Position numbers and translations under genes: made by a program. A DNA stretch of 64,000 nucleotides, taken from assembly GCA_051294375.1 (NCBI GenBank), contig CM119269.1, forward strand, positions 18,054,410 through 18,118,409, read 5' to 3'. Shown piece after piece: positions 30,491-43,752 of the stretch. A model generated the notes under the pieces. That model was not told where the DNA came from. It did not search any database and was given only the letters and a program-made list of their open reading frames with translations. Every line of letters begins with the position of its first letter. Position 1 is the stretch's first letter. Origin of the DNA: Paraspadella gotoi. Taxonomy: Eukaryota; Animalia; Chaetognatha.

Positions 30491-33400
30491 TTAATTATAT
30501 ATTTCTTCGAGGCATAACCGTGTGGTGAGAGATAGACAAGAGGATCGTATATCATTAGGCAGGTATATCTAGACATAAGTGTGAGTAGATCGGCGGAGGA
30601 AGTCTCCTTCTCTCCACTGGATGTGCTCGCTAGACAGTCATAATACTTAGATATATGAGACCGACTTTCCGCTCTCTCTCTCTCTCTCATCTTCTTCTCC
30701 TCTCTCTCTCTCTCTCNNNNNNNNNNNNNNNNNNNNNNNNNGCGTCTCTCTACCGACGCCGACGATGTTTCTTCCGACGCCGTTGTTTTTGCCGATTCCT
30801 ACGCCTCCAACCGACGCCAACGCCAACGCCAGCGCCAACGCCAACGCCAACTATAACGCCAACACCAACCATAACGCCAACGCTAAGGATCAATGTACTT
30901 GGATAATTACAGTCATGATCATTGATCATGATTGTAATTACCGACGCAGTTCCCCAAGGCTTTTCTTGTGTGAGCATTGTGAGCTTTTTAACTTTTATCG
31001 GGTCTCCTCGTTTTCTTTTCACAGTTTTCGTCCAACTTTTCCTCTCGCGTTATTTAAATTCATCAATGATTTCTCAAAGTCGTTTGTGTCATCGTTGTTT
31101 TTGTCATTTTCTACCAATTTTTCATTTTCTTCCACTTTGTCATTCTTCTAATTTTCGTCCTCGTCTTGATCGTGGTCATCATCGTCGTCATCGTTTGTCA
31201 TCATTTCTTATTCGCAGACTTTTTTTTCTAAATTTTTCAACTTCTTCCTCGTCGTCGTCATCGTCGTCGTCGGCGTCGTCGTCGGCGTCGTCGTCGTCTT
31301 CATCATCATCTCAGCGTCAATTCCCTGTGTTTGTCTTCGCCGGATTCTCTTCAAAGAGGACGAAGTCGTGAGGGATTATTAAGGGGGGAATGAAATCGAG
31401 GGGGGGGAAGAAAGTGAGGAGACGAAGAGTTTAAAGAAATAAGGAGAGAGGAGAGAAAAAAAAAACTGGAAGGGATTATAAAACGGGTAAAGGAATGATT
31501 AATGTAAAAGATGGTAGGGAAGACAAAAAATGACACTACCAACGATTATGAATCACTGGTGAAAGAAATTGTCTAAGAAAACAAGAACGGAAATTCAAAT
31601 GTTGTTCTGCGCCGTAGTGACTTTGTTATCCCGTGTATTTTCGACACCGGACACATAATAAATTAGAATAACATCTTTTATTTCTTTAAAAAAAAAGGCG
31701 GCGCTAGTAGTCGCTTAGATTTGAGGCATAACAAATGAGCAACTATAGGCGAGTTATGAGCATCTTTAACGTATGTGGGACTGACGGACATACCGAACGA
31801 CCGACCGACCGAGAGACCGACCGAAAAGTGACTAAAAAGAGAGATGGAAGAAACAAGGAATTTGAGAGGAAAGAAGAAGGGTAAAAGTAAAGTCAATAAA
31901 GAAGGAAAATGTTTGAAAATAGGGGAGGAAAGTTGCAAAAAAAGGGAGCTGGAGGACTAAACGGAAAAAAAAATGAAGCCTTAAATACGTAATTGATTAT
32001 GAAAGAGGTGACCATAAATAGTGAGAGAAATAAAAAAAATTGAAAAAAAAACATGGAAAAAAGAAAAAAATGAGAATTAAAAAAATAAATAAAGAAATAA
32101 ATATAGGAAGACGAAATAGATAAGTGGAAAACCCAGAGGGCGACGAAGGCCGACGATGGTTATAGCGGCTGCGGCTGCTGCGGCTCGGCGGCGTCGGCGG
32201 CGGAAAAGACCGTGACCGCTCGTGGAGTCCATCCACCAAACAACCGCGGTGATAGAAAAAAAGATATAGGGAGGGGATACATTTTTTACCAGATGCCAAA
32301 TATGGCGCCGCCCGCCAGTAAATGCGGACGCCCGCGTCCCCCCCGTGTGATTGCATCCTGACTTTGCAATTTGTTTTTGTGCGGCCGCGGGTAGGAAAGG
32401 CAACGATAACACAAATCGGCCCTTTTTTAACCCCCCTTTCTTTTTATTTTTTTTAAAATACGAGATGAATTTTTTTTCTCGCGGGTGGGGTGGTATTAAA
32501 GGGGTCGGGTGTTAAATTTGGTGGTGGTTGTGTTTTGGTGGGGCTTAGTTGTATGTATGTCCGGGTTAAGAGGGGCATCTGCGGTGGTAGTGGGCCGTAG
32601 CAGCGGTAAATTGCGAAAGCGATGGAAAGCGAATGCAAGGAAACAAAAAAATGGTCCATTCGCACGCCCAAAAAGGCCACCCCCCACCAATTTGAGAAAA
32701 CTGGTAGGGCATAGACCTTAACATCAAATGACGCAAGCCCAAACCGTGCCAAACACTCCTCGCGGAATTTTCGTCGGGTTAGTAAAGAGGAACGCAGGGG
32801 AGAGGAAGGATGAGAAGAAGAGGGGGGAGAAGAAATATTGTCGTCCGTCTGCGGCCTTCTATGGCACACGAAATTCCAGAGAGGAGTTGCACCGGAAAGG
32901 TCCTGGACAAAGGCACGAGGAGAGCGCGGATAGGAGATAGAGACAAAACCAGCGCAATCTCGCTGTGTATCAAGTTTCCTCTTAGTTTGAGCAATTCCTC
33001 CTTCAAATGTAGAAACTCTTTTGCTTGCGAACCGTAATGATTCGGTTCAACATAGGATGATTCGCCCCTCAAGTTAAGTTTTTTGTTCAATTTTTCAAGT
33101 CCGAGCATTTCGAGCCCATCTTAGAAAAATTCATTTGCCGGAATAATTACAGGAATCCAGAAAAGATCAACATACTTTCCAGGAATTGACACGCCATCTG
33201 TTTTTTTCTTCAATATCTCTGTTCTGGTTGGAACAATCGGTCAGGAAGTGCGGGGTACGTTCGCCATTTTCTGTTACTTCGATTCCATAGAAACTCGAAT
33301 TGAATTTCAGAGGCCGTTGAATCGATGGATTAATTTTTCGAAGCCATTTAGGAATTAGTTTTTGAATTTTTTTTTTTTTTATTTTATGAACGCTTTGAAC

Positions 33401-34391
33401 CCAACGTAGCGGTTATTAAGTTTCACTCGTTGAAATTTCTTCTTGTATTTCACGGCTCCCGCGACGTCAAGCGTCGAGGCCGTCGTCCCGTCGCTCCCTT
33501 GTGGGGTTAACGTAGAGCCTTTTTATGAATCTTTCTGAATCATAGGGAGGAAATTGAGATGGGTGAATACAAAGTGCGATGAAAAGGTTAGAAACTTTTT
33601 ATATTGTATTTACTGTTCGCATAAAAATCCCGTTTGAAACTTAAGTTGAGACGGGCGATTGCTACTTTTAGAAAGTCAGAAAAAAACGAACTAAAGGGAT
33701 CTCTTGAAGAGTCTTCGCACATTTTGAATTAAAGCAACAATTAACCCAAGAAACGATTTGTGACGATACGCGTAGAAGGACAATTTTAAAGTACGGTTCA
33801 AAAAATTAAGAGGGTTGGCCCCGAGAAGACGAAAGGATTACTTTAGGCGAGCCATAAGTTTACAATGAAGACGAGAGAGAGAGAGAGAGGAATAGAGAGG
33901 AGAGAGGAGAGTGAGGAGACGAGACGAAGAGTGAGACGAGAGAGGCATAGAGAAAAGACGGATCGTGGTCGCGGGGAAAAATTTTCATCGAAGTTGCTGC
34001 TTNNNNNNNNNNNNNNNNNNNNNNNNNTTCGCGGATCACGTGACCTGATGACGCGAGGCGTTAGATTCCACAAATCACGTGATTTGGCCTGGGCTTGAAA
34101 AAGTCGGATGTTCTATCTCATCAAATCTACAAAATTGAATTTCTACCATACGTGTTTTCGCATTGCTTGCATCGTTATTTTATACATAGTTCCACGTCCT
34201 TCATTTATGGGCATTGGGCTTAAGGCATTTTGAAATCACGTGATTCTTCACGCGACTCTTTTTCGGTCCTCGTCATATCTTTTCTCCGGCCTGAGTCACG
34301 TGACCACCAAATGCGAGTTTTATTTCCGCCAAAAAACGATTTTTCTCGTCATCGACGCCGCATTCCCATTTCCGAGTCACTTGGCGAGATC

Positions 34392-34427
<36 letters not shown>

Positions 34428-35687
34428 NNNNNNNNNNNNNNNNNNNNNNNNNNNNNNNNNNNNNNNNNNNNNNNNNNNNNNNNNNNNNNNNNNNNNNNNN
34501 NNNNNNNNNNNNNNNNNNNNNNNNNNNNNNNNNNNNNNNNNNNNNNNNNNNNNNNNNNNNNNNNNNNNNNNNNNNNNNNNNNNNNNNNNNNNNNNNNNNN
34601 NNNNNNNNNNNNNNNNNNNNNNNNNNNNNNNNNNNNNNNNNNNNNNNNNNNNNNNNNNNNNNNNNNNNNNNNNNNNNNNNNNNNNNNNNNNNNNNNNNNN
34701 NNNNNNNNNNNNNNNNNNNNNNNNNNNNNNNNNNNNNNNNNNNNNNNNNNNNNNNNNNNNNNNNNNNNNNNNNNNNNNNNNNNNNNNNNNNNNNNNNNNN
34801 NNNCTTTCAACTCCTCCATTCTTCATCGTAAAACTCATAAACAAAGTCATAAACAAAGACTCGACGTGCCATTTGTTTGAGTTGAAAAGAAATTGAAAGA
34901 AATGCGGAAATAATGGGCGGCGGGAAACGTGGGAGGCGCCAGACCCGCCATCTGTCGCGACGAAGAGGAACATTTTTCGAGGTCCGGACTTTGAAGGGTG
35001 GGAAACAAAAGGGAAACAAAAGGGAAAGGAAAGGGAAAGGAGTTGAGCTGGAGTGAAAATGGGTGAAAAAATCCTTGGGGTGAGACTTTGGATGAAAGAA
35101 AGTGCAAGTGCATTCGATTGATGAATTGAGTCACGCGGTGGAAAAAATGAAAAATGCATTATTAATAGATTTTATATCACGAGTTAAAAACCAAATATAA
35201 AGAATCGACGCCATATTCTTGTTCTCTTTTTATATCGCTTTTTATATGTTCATCTCTTCAAAATGAGCCAGAGTTTGTGTATTTATTTCCGGACTTGATT
35301 TAAAGAAAAACCGCGGTTTAGACTAAAATCAAGTTTTAGCGTGTCCATTGATACCAAGCACTGAGTAAGTACCCAGTACACGTACGAATTTAAAACTCGT
35401 TTCCGGAAAGACCGCGTCCGTAATCTAGAACTCGCTACGCCTGACGACAGTGCGTACAAACAAGGGATGATGAATGCGTAAACAATGCGTAACAAATAAC
35501 AATAACAGTAAAAAGTAACGAGAATGTTTTCTTTCCCGGTTCACGTAGTACAACGTCCGGGGCTTTTCAACCGTAACTGTCGCGGGAACAGCAAAGAAAA
35601 TGTTTTTTTGAAAAATTAGTAGAAAGTAGAAACAACAACAACGTCGATAGAAGTTCATCCAAATCACGGTTACGACATGAAGCAAGT

Positions 35688-35880
35688 GGCGCGGTAGCTC
35701 ATCGAGTGAAGCCTTTTAACTCATAACCTGCTAAGTAACTGGTTCAATTCCGACCAGGAGCCTACTGAAAGCACGAGGACGGCTCGAAGAGTGGAGATCC
35801 CCCAAACCCTTGGTCTCAAGCCCAGGACCTGTTCCATTGTTGCTACGACGTGCTACTCGCCTCATACTTAAATTATTTAC
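35688..35880 (+). mobile_element. tRNA-derived SINE-like element or tRNA-Met pseudogene with 3' body
   Basis: A-box-like TAGCTCATCGAG, anticodon-loop-like CTCATAA (CAT), B box GGTTCAATTCC at 35741-35751. Cloverleaf stems are degenerate. A ~110-nt GC-richer body follows and ends in AT-rich sequence. A noisy second copy lies at ~27925-28125. Confidence 0.5.
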
Positions 35881-36574
35881 AAATATATATTTACATATTT
35901 TTACATCCTATTAGTATCGCGACGCTCACGGTTGCAGCCTGCTTATCGAATATCAATTTTCGAGATAGAAAAACGACGATAACAACAACAACAACGACTA
36001 ACGAATCGATCAGAATTAATTCTTCGCTTTAACGAAGATCTTCGCTTTTTCGAGAGACGAAAAGCGAAAAGTGAGGATCCGATTGGCTTTTCGGTGGCTT
36101 GATACTCCTGCGATGATACGTAGAAAGTTTGGAATCTGAAGTGAACTATGAGAAGTAACGAATGGGAGCCGTCGTTAATCACGAGTGAGCAGTGATGCTG
36201 GGGGACATGCGTGATATGAGGGGGAAGTGACTGAAAATAAATTTATTATTCCTGAGTAAAGAAGACTCAAGAAAGGCCGAGAAGCAACGAAACGAGTTAG
36301 TAATAATTAATGAGAGGTAATGATTGAATAGTGAGAAGTATTGGCGTAGAGACTCGCCCTAATGAACGATCATGATGAGAAAGGCTTATATTCTTCTTAA
36401 TTGGCCGCGGTCCGACGATGACGACGACCAAGACGGCGACGACGATGACGACCATGACGACGATGACGACGACGAAGAAAACCACGACGACGACGAAGAT
36501 TGTCACAACACGCGCGCTCTGACCGGAAACGCCGAGAAAACGCCATCGGCCGAAAGTGATCTTCTTCTTCTAAT

Positions 36575-36682
<108 letters not shown>

Positions 36683-37263
36683 ATTCCAAGAACCGTGGCC
36701 AGAAAGGTCTCGAGTTCGAGGCCGGGTCGCGACCGAGGATTTTTATAGATATCACTGTTGGAGGCCGAAATTCTTGGGTCGCAACTTTGGCAGATTTGTG
36801 GGCATAGTCAAAACCAGGAAGCAACAGAGTTTCATTGCATAATGTTTATATCGTATAATGTTCATTGTTCAGAACAAAAATTACTAATAAAAGTTGTTGT
36901 AGAAAAAGATCAAATTAGACTGTTACAATTTATGAAATCGGTACAACTAATATAAAAATTATCCGTTCATTTAATAAATAAGCTATCTTGCCCCTGACTT
37001 TGGACAGGCTTTGGTGGTTTAAGGCCTCCATCATCCCTGCAAGTTTTCAATTAAAACTCTCTAAAAATCTCGTTTATTCACTCCCTATCTGTTTAGTCCT
37101 GAATTAATTAATTTAAATGTATTCATATTAATGTAAATGATGAAATTTTTTAGGACATACAGCATCAAATAGCCGCTTCAACAACAATGTCCAGGACAAT
37201 AACAACGACGTCAATGGAAAAAGTGAAAAAAAAGGGAATAACGATAATGAAGGCTTTGTCCTC

Positions 37264-37625
37264 AATACGATTATGACTTAAAGAAAGAAAAAAAAAAAGT
37301 GACTTGAAAAAATATTTCTTCCTCTTGTCTTTCAATGCGTCTTAATAGAGAAGCATCGTTTTTGCCTTTAAATTTATGTTATATGAAATTGGTACAACCC
37401 TATGTTATATGTTATATATTATGTTATATTACGATTATATTTACGATATATTACGATAATACGATTATGACTTAAAGAAATGTCGATGAAAAAAAGTGAC
37501 TTGAAAAAAAAAATATCTTCCCCTTGTCTTTCAATGCGTCTTAATAGAGAAGCATCGTTTTTGCTTTAAATTTATTGTTAGTACTGAAATTGGTACAACC
37601 CTATGTTATATGTTATATGTTATAT
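37264..37625 (+). repeat. Local tandem duplication (~160-bp unit, 2 copies)
   Basis: aatacgattatgacttaaagaaa...aattggtacaaccctatgttatatg occurs twice and is also present in the noisy copy at ~29585-29965. Confidence 0.8.
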
Positions 37626-39190
37626 GTCTTTTAAAAAAACAGGAACGTTATTGCATAGCTGTCTTACATTCATCTTAGATCTGAAGATACAAAAGTTGTT
37701 ATTAATTGTTTCATTGTGTAATCCTTTCTGTTCGTTATTATTTAGAGATAATACAAAGAAATTTGAATTGTTTACAACGATTTTATTTTGGTACATAGGG
37801 ACTCAACTGTTTAAACTGCGCTGATGAAGACTCGAAAATATGAGTCGAAACATGTCCCTATTTACCAAAATAAAATCGTTGTAAACAATTCAAATTTCAT
37901 TGAGTTATTAATTGTTTAAAATTGTTTCAAAATTTTTTTCAAATTTACACTAGACTAAGAAACTGCCTTGCATTGATTACTTTTATTAAGAGATGAATTG
38001 AGGTAGAATAACCATTTTTGTAAACCATTGCATCGAAATATTTGCCAGTTTTATTTTCTGTCTATTGCTCTTTTTTTTTCGCCAATGAAGACTTTTTAGG
38101 TTGGATAATTTCCCCTTAAAGCCTTATATTTTTTTTTTTCGGTTGATGAAAAAGTCGCTTAGCTGAAAGAAGGAGGGCCAAAAACCAGAATATATACATT
38201 CACAATTTGCAGGATTTTTAGAAGGCAAACACATTCAGGTCTAAAAATGACGGGAAAGACAGACTACGAATTTCTTTGTCTCAGGAAAGGTAAGGTCGAC
38301 GACCCTCTTCTCATTACCCTCAAGAACTCACCCTCTGTTTTCTTTTTAAAACCTCAATCCCAAATAAACTCTTCTCCCTTCTTTCAGACGACCCACGAGA
38401 CTTGAAGACACATTTACTGCTAGTAGGAATAAACAATCGTTGTGTATATACTACTATTATTTGATAGCTTAAAATTTAAAAAAAAAAAGAAACAGAAACA
38501 AAATTATAACAAAATAATTAAAATAAAACTACCTTTTTAGTTATATTTTTTTTAAAGTAATTTTAGTTTTAATTTCAGAATTAAAAAAATTAAGAATTAA
38601 AAAAACTGATTTACATATTTTTTTTTAACTTGTGATAAATACGCGTTATTATATTCCGACAAAGCGGCCAGCGTGGGTACGTAGAAAAGGGGGGAGGGAA
38701 ATCTCCGAGGAAAAAGGGAAGTTGAATCTGGAGTAATTGGAGGACAACAAACCGAAGGACGACGCCGGTTGGAAGAACGACGCCGAGTTGAGGCGGGACG
38801 TTGGAGGGGGGAGCGCGGGGGCGGAAGGGCGCCGGGCGCGCTCGTTGAATCAGCGGGTCCCGGTTATCAGAAGGGGGAGAAGGCCCATGGGCAGAGTCGC
38901 GGAGAGAAATGAAGCGAGAGCAGCGATGGTGAGAATGACACGCGATTAGAAGCAAACGCGTCGCCGCAAACGACGCCGGTTGAAGGCAATGAAAGGAGGC
39001 AAATCCGACGCCGAGTTAGTCGTCATTCGCGGCGCCGGGATGGGACGGATGGGTGCTACGCCGAATGGCTTCGGGAGAAAAAATAAGGTCAAAGAGAAGA
39101 AGGAAGATATTGAATGAAGAAAGTAAATAAAAAAGGGAAGACAGGGGAGTTAGGAAAAACGTAAAAATCAGAGCTAGGAGCGGAATGGAG

Positions 39191-39276
<86 letters not shown>

Positions 39277-41222
39277 GGAGAGAGAGAGAGAGAGGGGGGG
39301 CAAGCCTGGCAAACGGACAGACGCGGACTGTTAAGAGCGGCGATTCGAACGTTTGGACTCGAATAAAAAATTAACGCAGAACCTGCAAATGCGATCGGGG
39401 CGTGTGGCAGCGGGTATCGGCGGCGGCGGCGGCGGGTAAATCGTCTGCAGCTGCAGTGGCGACGTTTGTCGACGCGTCGACACAGCAGTCTTTCTTCAAT
39501 GATTCAACAAAAGATTCAATATTTTCTTTTTAATCTTTTCTCAGATGAGATCGCTCTTCTTTACGACCGAGATTTCTTCCGATTATTACCCTCCGGCCAA
39601 CTCTATTACGGGATTCGTCCCGATTTTTTGCCCCGGCCAGATTTTTTTTTCCCGGTCGGATTTTCGCTCGGCAATCGAGATTCGGCCAGAATCCTGGAAA
39701 AGTGTTATTGTCATGAGAGAGCTCGCCCTTTTCTCTTGGCTTTGGTAAAGTTGTCGATCCACTTATCATGACAAAAATATTTACTTTCCTGACACAAATT
39801 AGTCGAGGATAGAATATAACAAACAAGGACAACTATAATTCTACGACATCCCTCGCAAGCATAACCGAGATTCTTCTATTTATCTTATTCAAAATGTTTC
39901 AGCATTAAAGGAAGAATATGTTCATAAAAATCTTTTGAAAATTCAACTTTGAAACTGTAAATAATAAATTATCGTTTCATGTAAAATTTTAGCTATTCAT
40001 TTTTTTTTTCTTTTCGGACGAAGCGAGATTTCATTTTCCTTTCTCGATCGATACTTTGAGAATCCAGGAAGGATTATCTCCCGTCGCGAAAGGCCTTCCA
40101 CCCTACTCTCCATCGAAGTCACTTCTCTACCCCACTCCTCCACCCCTGCACCCCATCCGCCCACCTCCCGCCCCAGCGCCCCTCACCTCTTTAATTTCCA
40201 GTCATTTGCGAAAATTCCATGTGACTCGAGCCACAAGGCGAAAATAGATTTCAAAATGGCGGAATCATGAAGACTTGATAGATAAGATAATTTAGTTCCT
40301 TTTTTGTTGCCGTCGTTTCAGTTTTTGTTATTTTTTTTTTATTGGTGAACGTTTTGTAATAGCGAAAATAATCGCTTCATGTTGTTATGCCAATGAAACA
40401 AGGGAACGACGAAACGAAACAAAACGAAAAAAGTTCAACTTTTTTTTTTTGTGACGTGACGTTTTATTTTTTCGTAATAATTATATTTTTTACGTGATAT
40501 TTGTTTCTTTAAAATCATACTATAAAATCTCTACAAAAAGAGTTAGATTTTACCATATATATCAGAAGAAATTTTAATTAGTTTGAACAACGATTTTATT
40601 ATTGTTATTATTATTATTATTGTTCAAACTAATTCAAACTGCTTTTAATTCACAAACAGAACGAAGAAAGGGATTTCACATAATATCATATATATCATAT
40701 ATCGTTGACGAAACAAACAATTGTTCTCCGTTTCTGATATTATCATTATATATATGAATTTCTCATTGACTACGAATAACCAAACGAAATCAAGCAAGAT
40801 CAGACAGTCAATCGAAACTTACCCGAAATAAAGGAAGAAAAGAAGAATGATGAAAATCTGAGAAAGTCGGAAAGAAAATCGGAGGAGAAAAAGTTAAAAA
40901 GAAAAAGTGAGTTTCGGAAAAGGAAGAAAAAAGGAGGAAATGAAGAGGAGGAGGAAGAAGAGGAAGAAGAAGAAGAGGATCTGTACATGAAGGAGGAAGA
41001 GAAGGATTGGGAGGATAGAGAGAAGGAACAGGTGAAGTAGAAGACGAAGAGAAAGAAAATGAGGAGGAAGATGAGGAAGAAAAGGAAAGAAGAAAAGAAA
41101 AAGAAGAGATGGAAGGAAGATATTTTAAAAAGAAAGATAAGGAGACAAAGAAAATGAAAAGGACAAAATAAGTGGAAGAACAAGGACAAGGAGTGAGAGA
41201 AGAAAGAAGATGATGAGCAAGG

Positions 41223-41340
<118 letters not shown>

Positions 41341-42134
41341 TGTGGAAGTTCATTTGACGGATGACATCTCGTGGACGTCATCGACGTCGTCGTCGTCGTC
41401 GTCGTCGTCGTCACCATTTCCCCGGAGAAAAGAGCAACAGACTTGGATCATCTCTCTTTTTTTGGACTCTCTCTCTATCACTCTCTTTCTTTCTCTCTGT
41501 CCCCCTCTCTCCTTCGATAACCTTCACAGTGATGGAGTTGCGACCATCTTCTCTTGAGGAGCGTCTTTGTTGTTGTTGTTGTATTTGGTCTTCGGTTCTA
41601 AACTTTTTTTTTCAACTGTTTCGATTAATTTAAGAAGAACGCTTCAAAAGCAAAATCAATGGGAATGTTTTTATGAAATTTGTACAACCAATATGAAAAT
41701 TATCCATTCATTTAATAAATAAGCTATCTTGCCCCTATATGTACCTTAATATTATTATGTTATATTTGAAAAATAATTTTACGGTATTGGACCACATTTA
41801 AAAATTAAAAAAAAACATTTAAAAATTATAATTCGAGTGAAAAAAAATCATATCTGAAATTAAATATAAAAGGCACTCTTTTATAGGACCCACGCTCAAC
41901 ACTCTTTTAGGTAGGTAAATCCAAAAAAAGTCATATTCTTGAGAAATTTAAAAAATGAATGAGTCATTTTCTTTTCTACATTTGTTCATTTCTTCTCGAC
42001 TCATCCCAATCATATGATATTATCTCTTTCCATTTTCTTTCATCCCTATGTAGTATGAACGCTGCATCTAAAGTTCTTCTCTATTCCGTTACCCCCCTCT
42101 TTCCATTAAAAACGCAAGAGTTGACCAAAAATCA

Positions 42135-42211
<77 letters not shown>

Positions 42212-43253
42212 ATTGGAGAATGTGAGATGGCCATAAACAATTCTGTCGAAGATCATGAACTGACAACAACGATGTGTTTCTTTCAAGTGGGCCAGCGCGA
42301 ATATAAAGCCCTGGCCAGGTTCCCAACCCTCTCTTTTCTTTTCTCCTCTCTTCTCTTCGTCTCTCTCTCTCTCTCTCTCTCTCTTTCTACGGGGAGGAGG
42401 AGTCGAGGTTGTTTTTGTTTTTTTCTTGTTGTTTTGTTGTTTTGTTTCCGATCGCACGGAAGGAGAAGAGGAGGAAAGAGAGAAGGAGGAACGGTCGTGT
42501 CGGGTTTAAGATGTACAGGAGAGAGGAAAAGGGGAAGAGAAAGAGAGGATAACAGAAAGGATGAAAGGGATGAAGAGAAGGAAAGAAGTTAAACATTTAA
42601 TTCTCTTTTTAACCGAATTCTCGATACCAAAAAAAAACAAAAAAACAGAATAGAAAGATATGGCGTCTTGAGTTGGGAATTTTCGAGCAGTGTTGGCTCT
42701 ATATTAGCATCTAGAATAAAAATCCACCGCTCTCTGGCTATTAGGCAATAAAATACAACACAATGTTCACATACTTGTTCGAGAGTGTAAAGTTATGAAC
42801 ATAGAAAGAAAAGGAATAAGAGAGAATACAATTTTAACTTTTTAAGTACAATATTCTACGGAAATTTAAAGGAGAGAAAAAACTGGGTTTTGAAAGTGAA
42901 GCAGAACCAAAGAAGGAAAGACAACTAAAAAGAAATGGGTGAAAATGGTAAAGGGAAAAACGACTAGTAGATAGGAAACTGATAGAAAAGAACTACGGGA
43001 TGATAAATCAGGGAGAAAGAAAGGAAGATTAAACAAAAAAGGGAAAAAATGGTGGAAGCGAGAAGAAACGAAAAAAAAGACAGAGATAGGAAAGGGCAGA
43101 TGCAAAAAAAAAAAAAAAAGTGGGAAGATATGGGGGAAAATATAAAAGAAAAAAATGGCAGAAAATAAAAAATGAGAAGAAAAGAGAGAATTAAAAACGA
43201 AAGAAGAATAGAAGAAAAAGAAGAAAGAAAAGAAACGATAAACCGGGGAAAGA

Positions 43254-43570
43254 AAGGGAAGAAAAAAGCAGAGATAAAAAGAAAAGAAAGGGAAGACAAA
43301 AGCAGAAATGGAAAAGAGAAGAAAGGGAAGACAAAAGCGAAAATAAAAGAGAAAGGGAAGACAAAAGCGAAAATAAAAGAGAAGAAAGGGAAGACAAAAG
43401 CGAAAATTAAAGAGAAGAAAGGGAAGAAAAAAGCGGAAATAAAAGAGAAGAAAGAGAAGACAAAAGCGGAAATAAAAGAGAAGAAAAGGAAGACAAAAGC
43501 GGAAATAAATGATAAGAAAGGGAAGACAAAAGCGGAAATAAAAGAGAAGAAAGGGAAGACAAGCGGAATT
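43254..43570. repeat. Minisatellite, 33-bp purine-rich unit, ~9-10 copies
   Basis: Unit aaagggaagacaaaagcggaaataaaagagaag; reads as KGKTKAEIKEK repeats. Confidence 0.85.
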
Positions 43571-43675
43571 GGGGACGAATCCGCAACAAATAAGCATCCA
43601 TGTTGACGTCTTTCTTTTTTTTTCTCTCGAATCGACTTCTTCGGCCTTCGGACCGAATTGGAAGATGGAAGGAAG

Positions 43676-43752
<77 letters not shown>

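Noticed and set aside
35688-35762. Functional tRNA-Met gene
   Set aside because: Acceptor, anticodon and T stems do not pair properly and no oligo-T terminator follows; treated as a SINE head or pseudogene.
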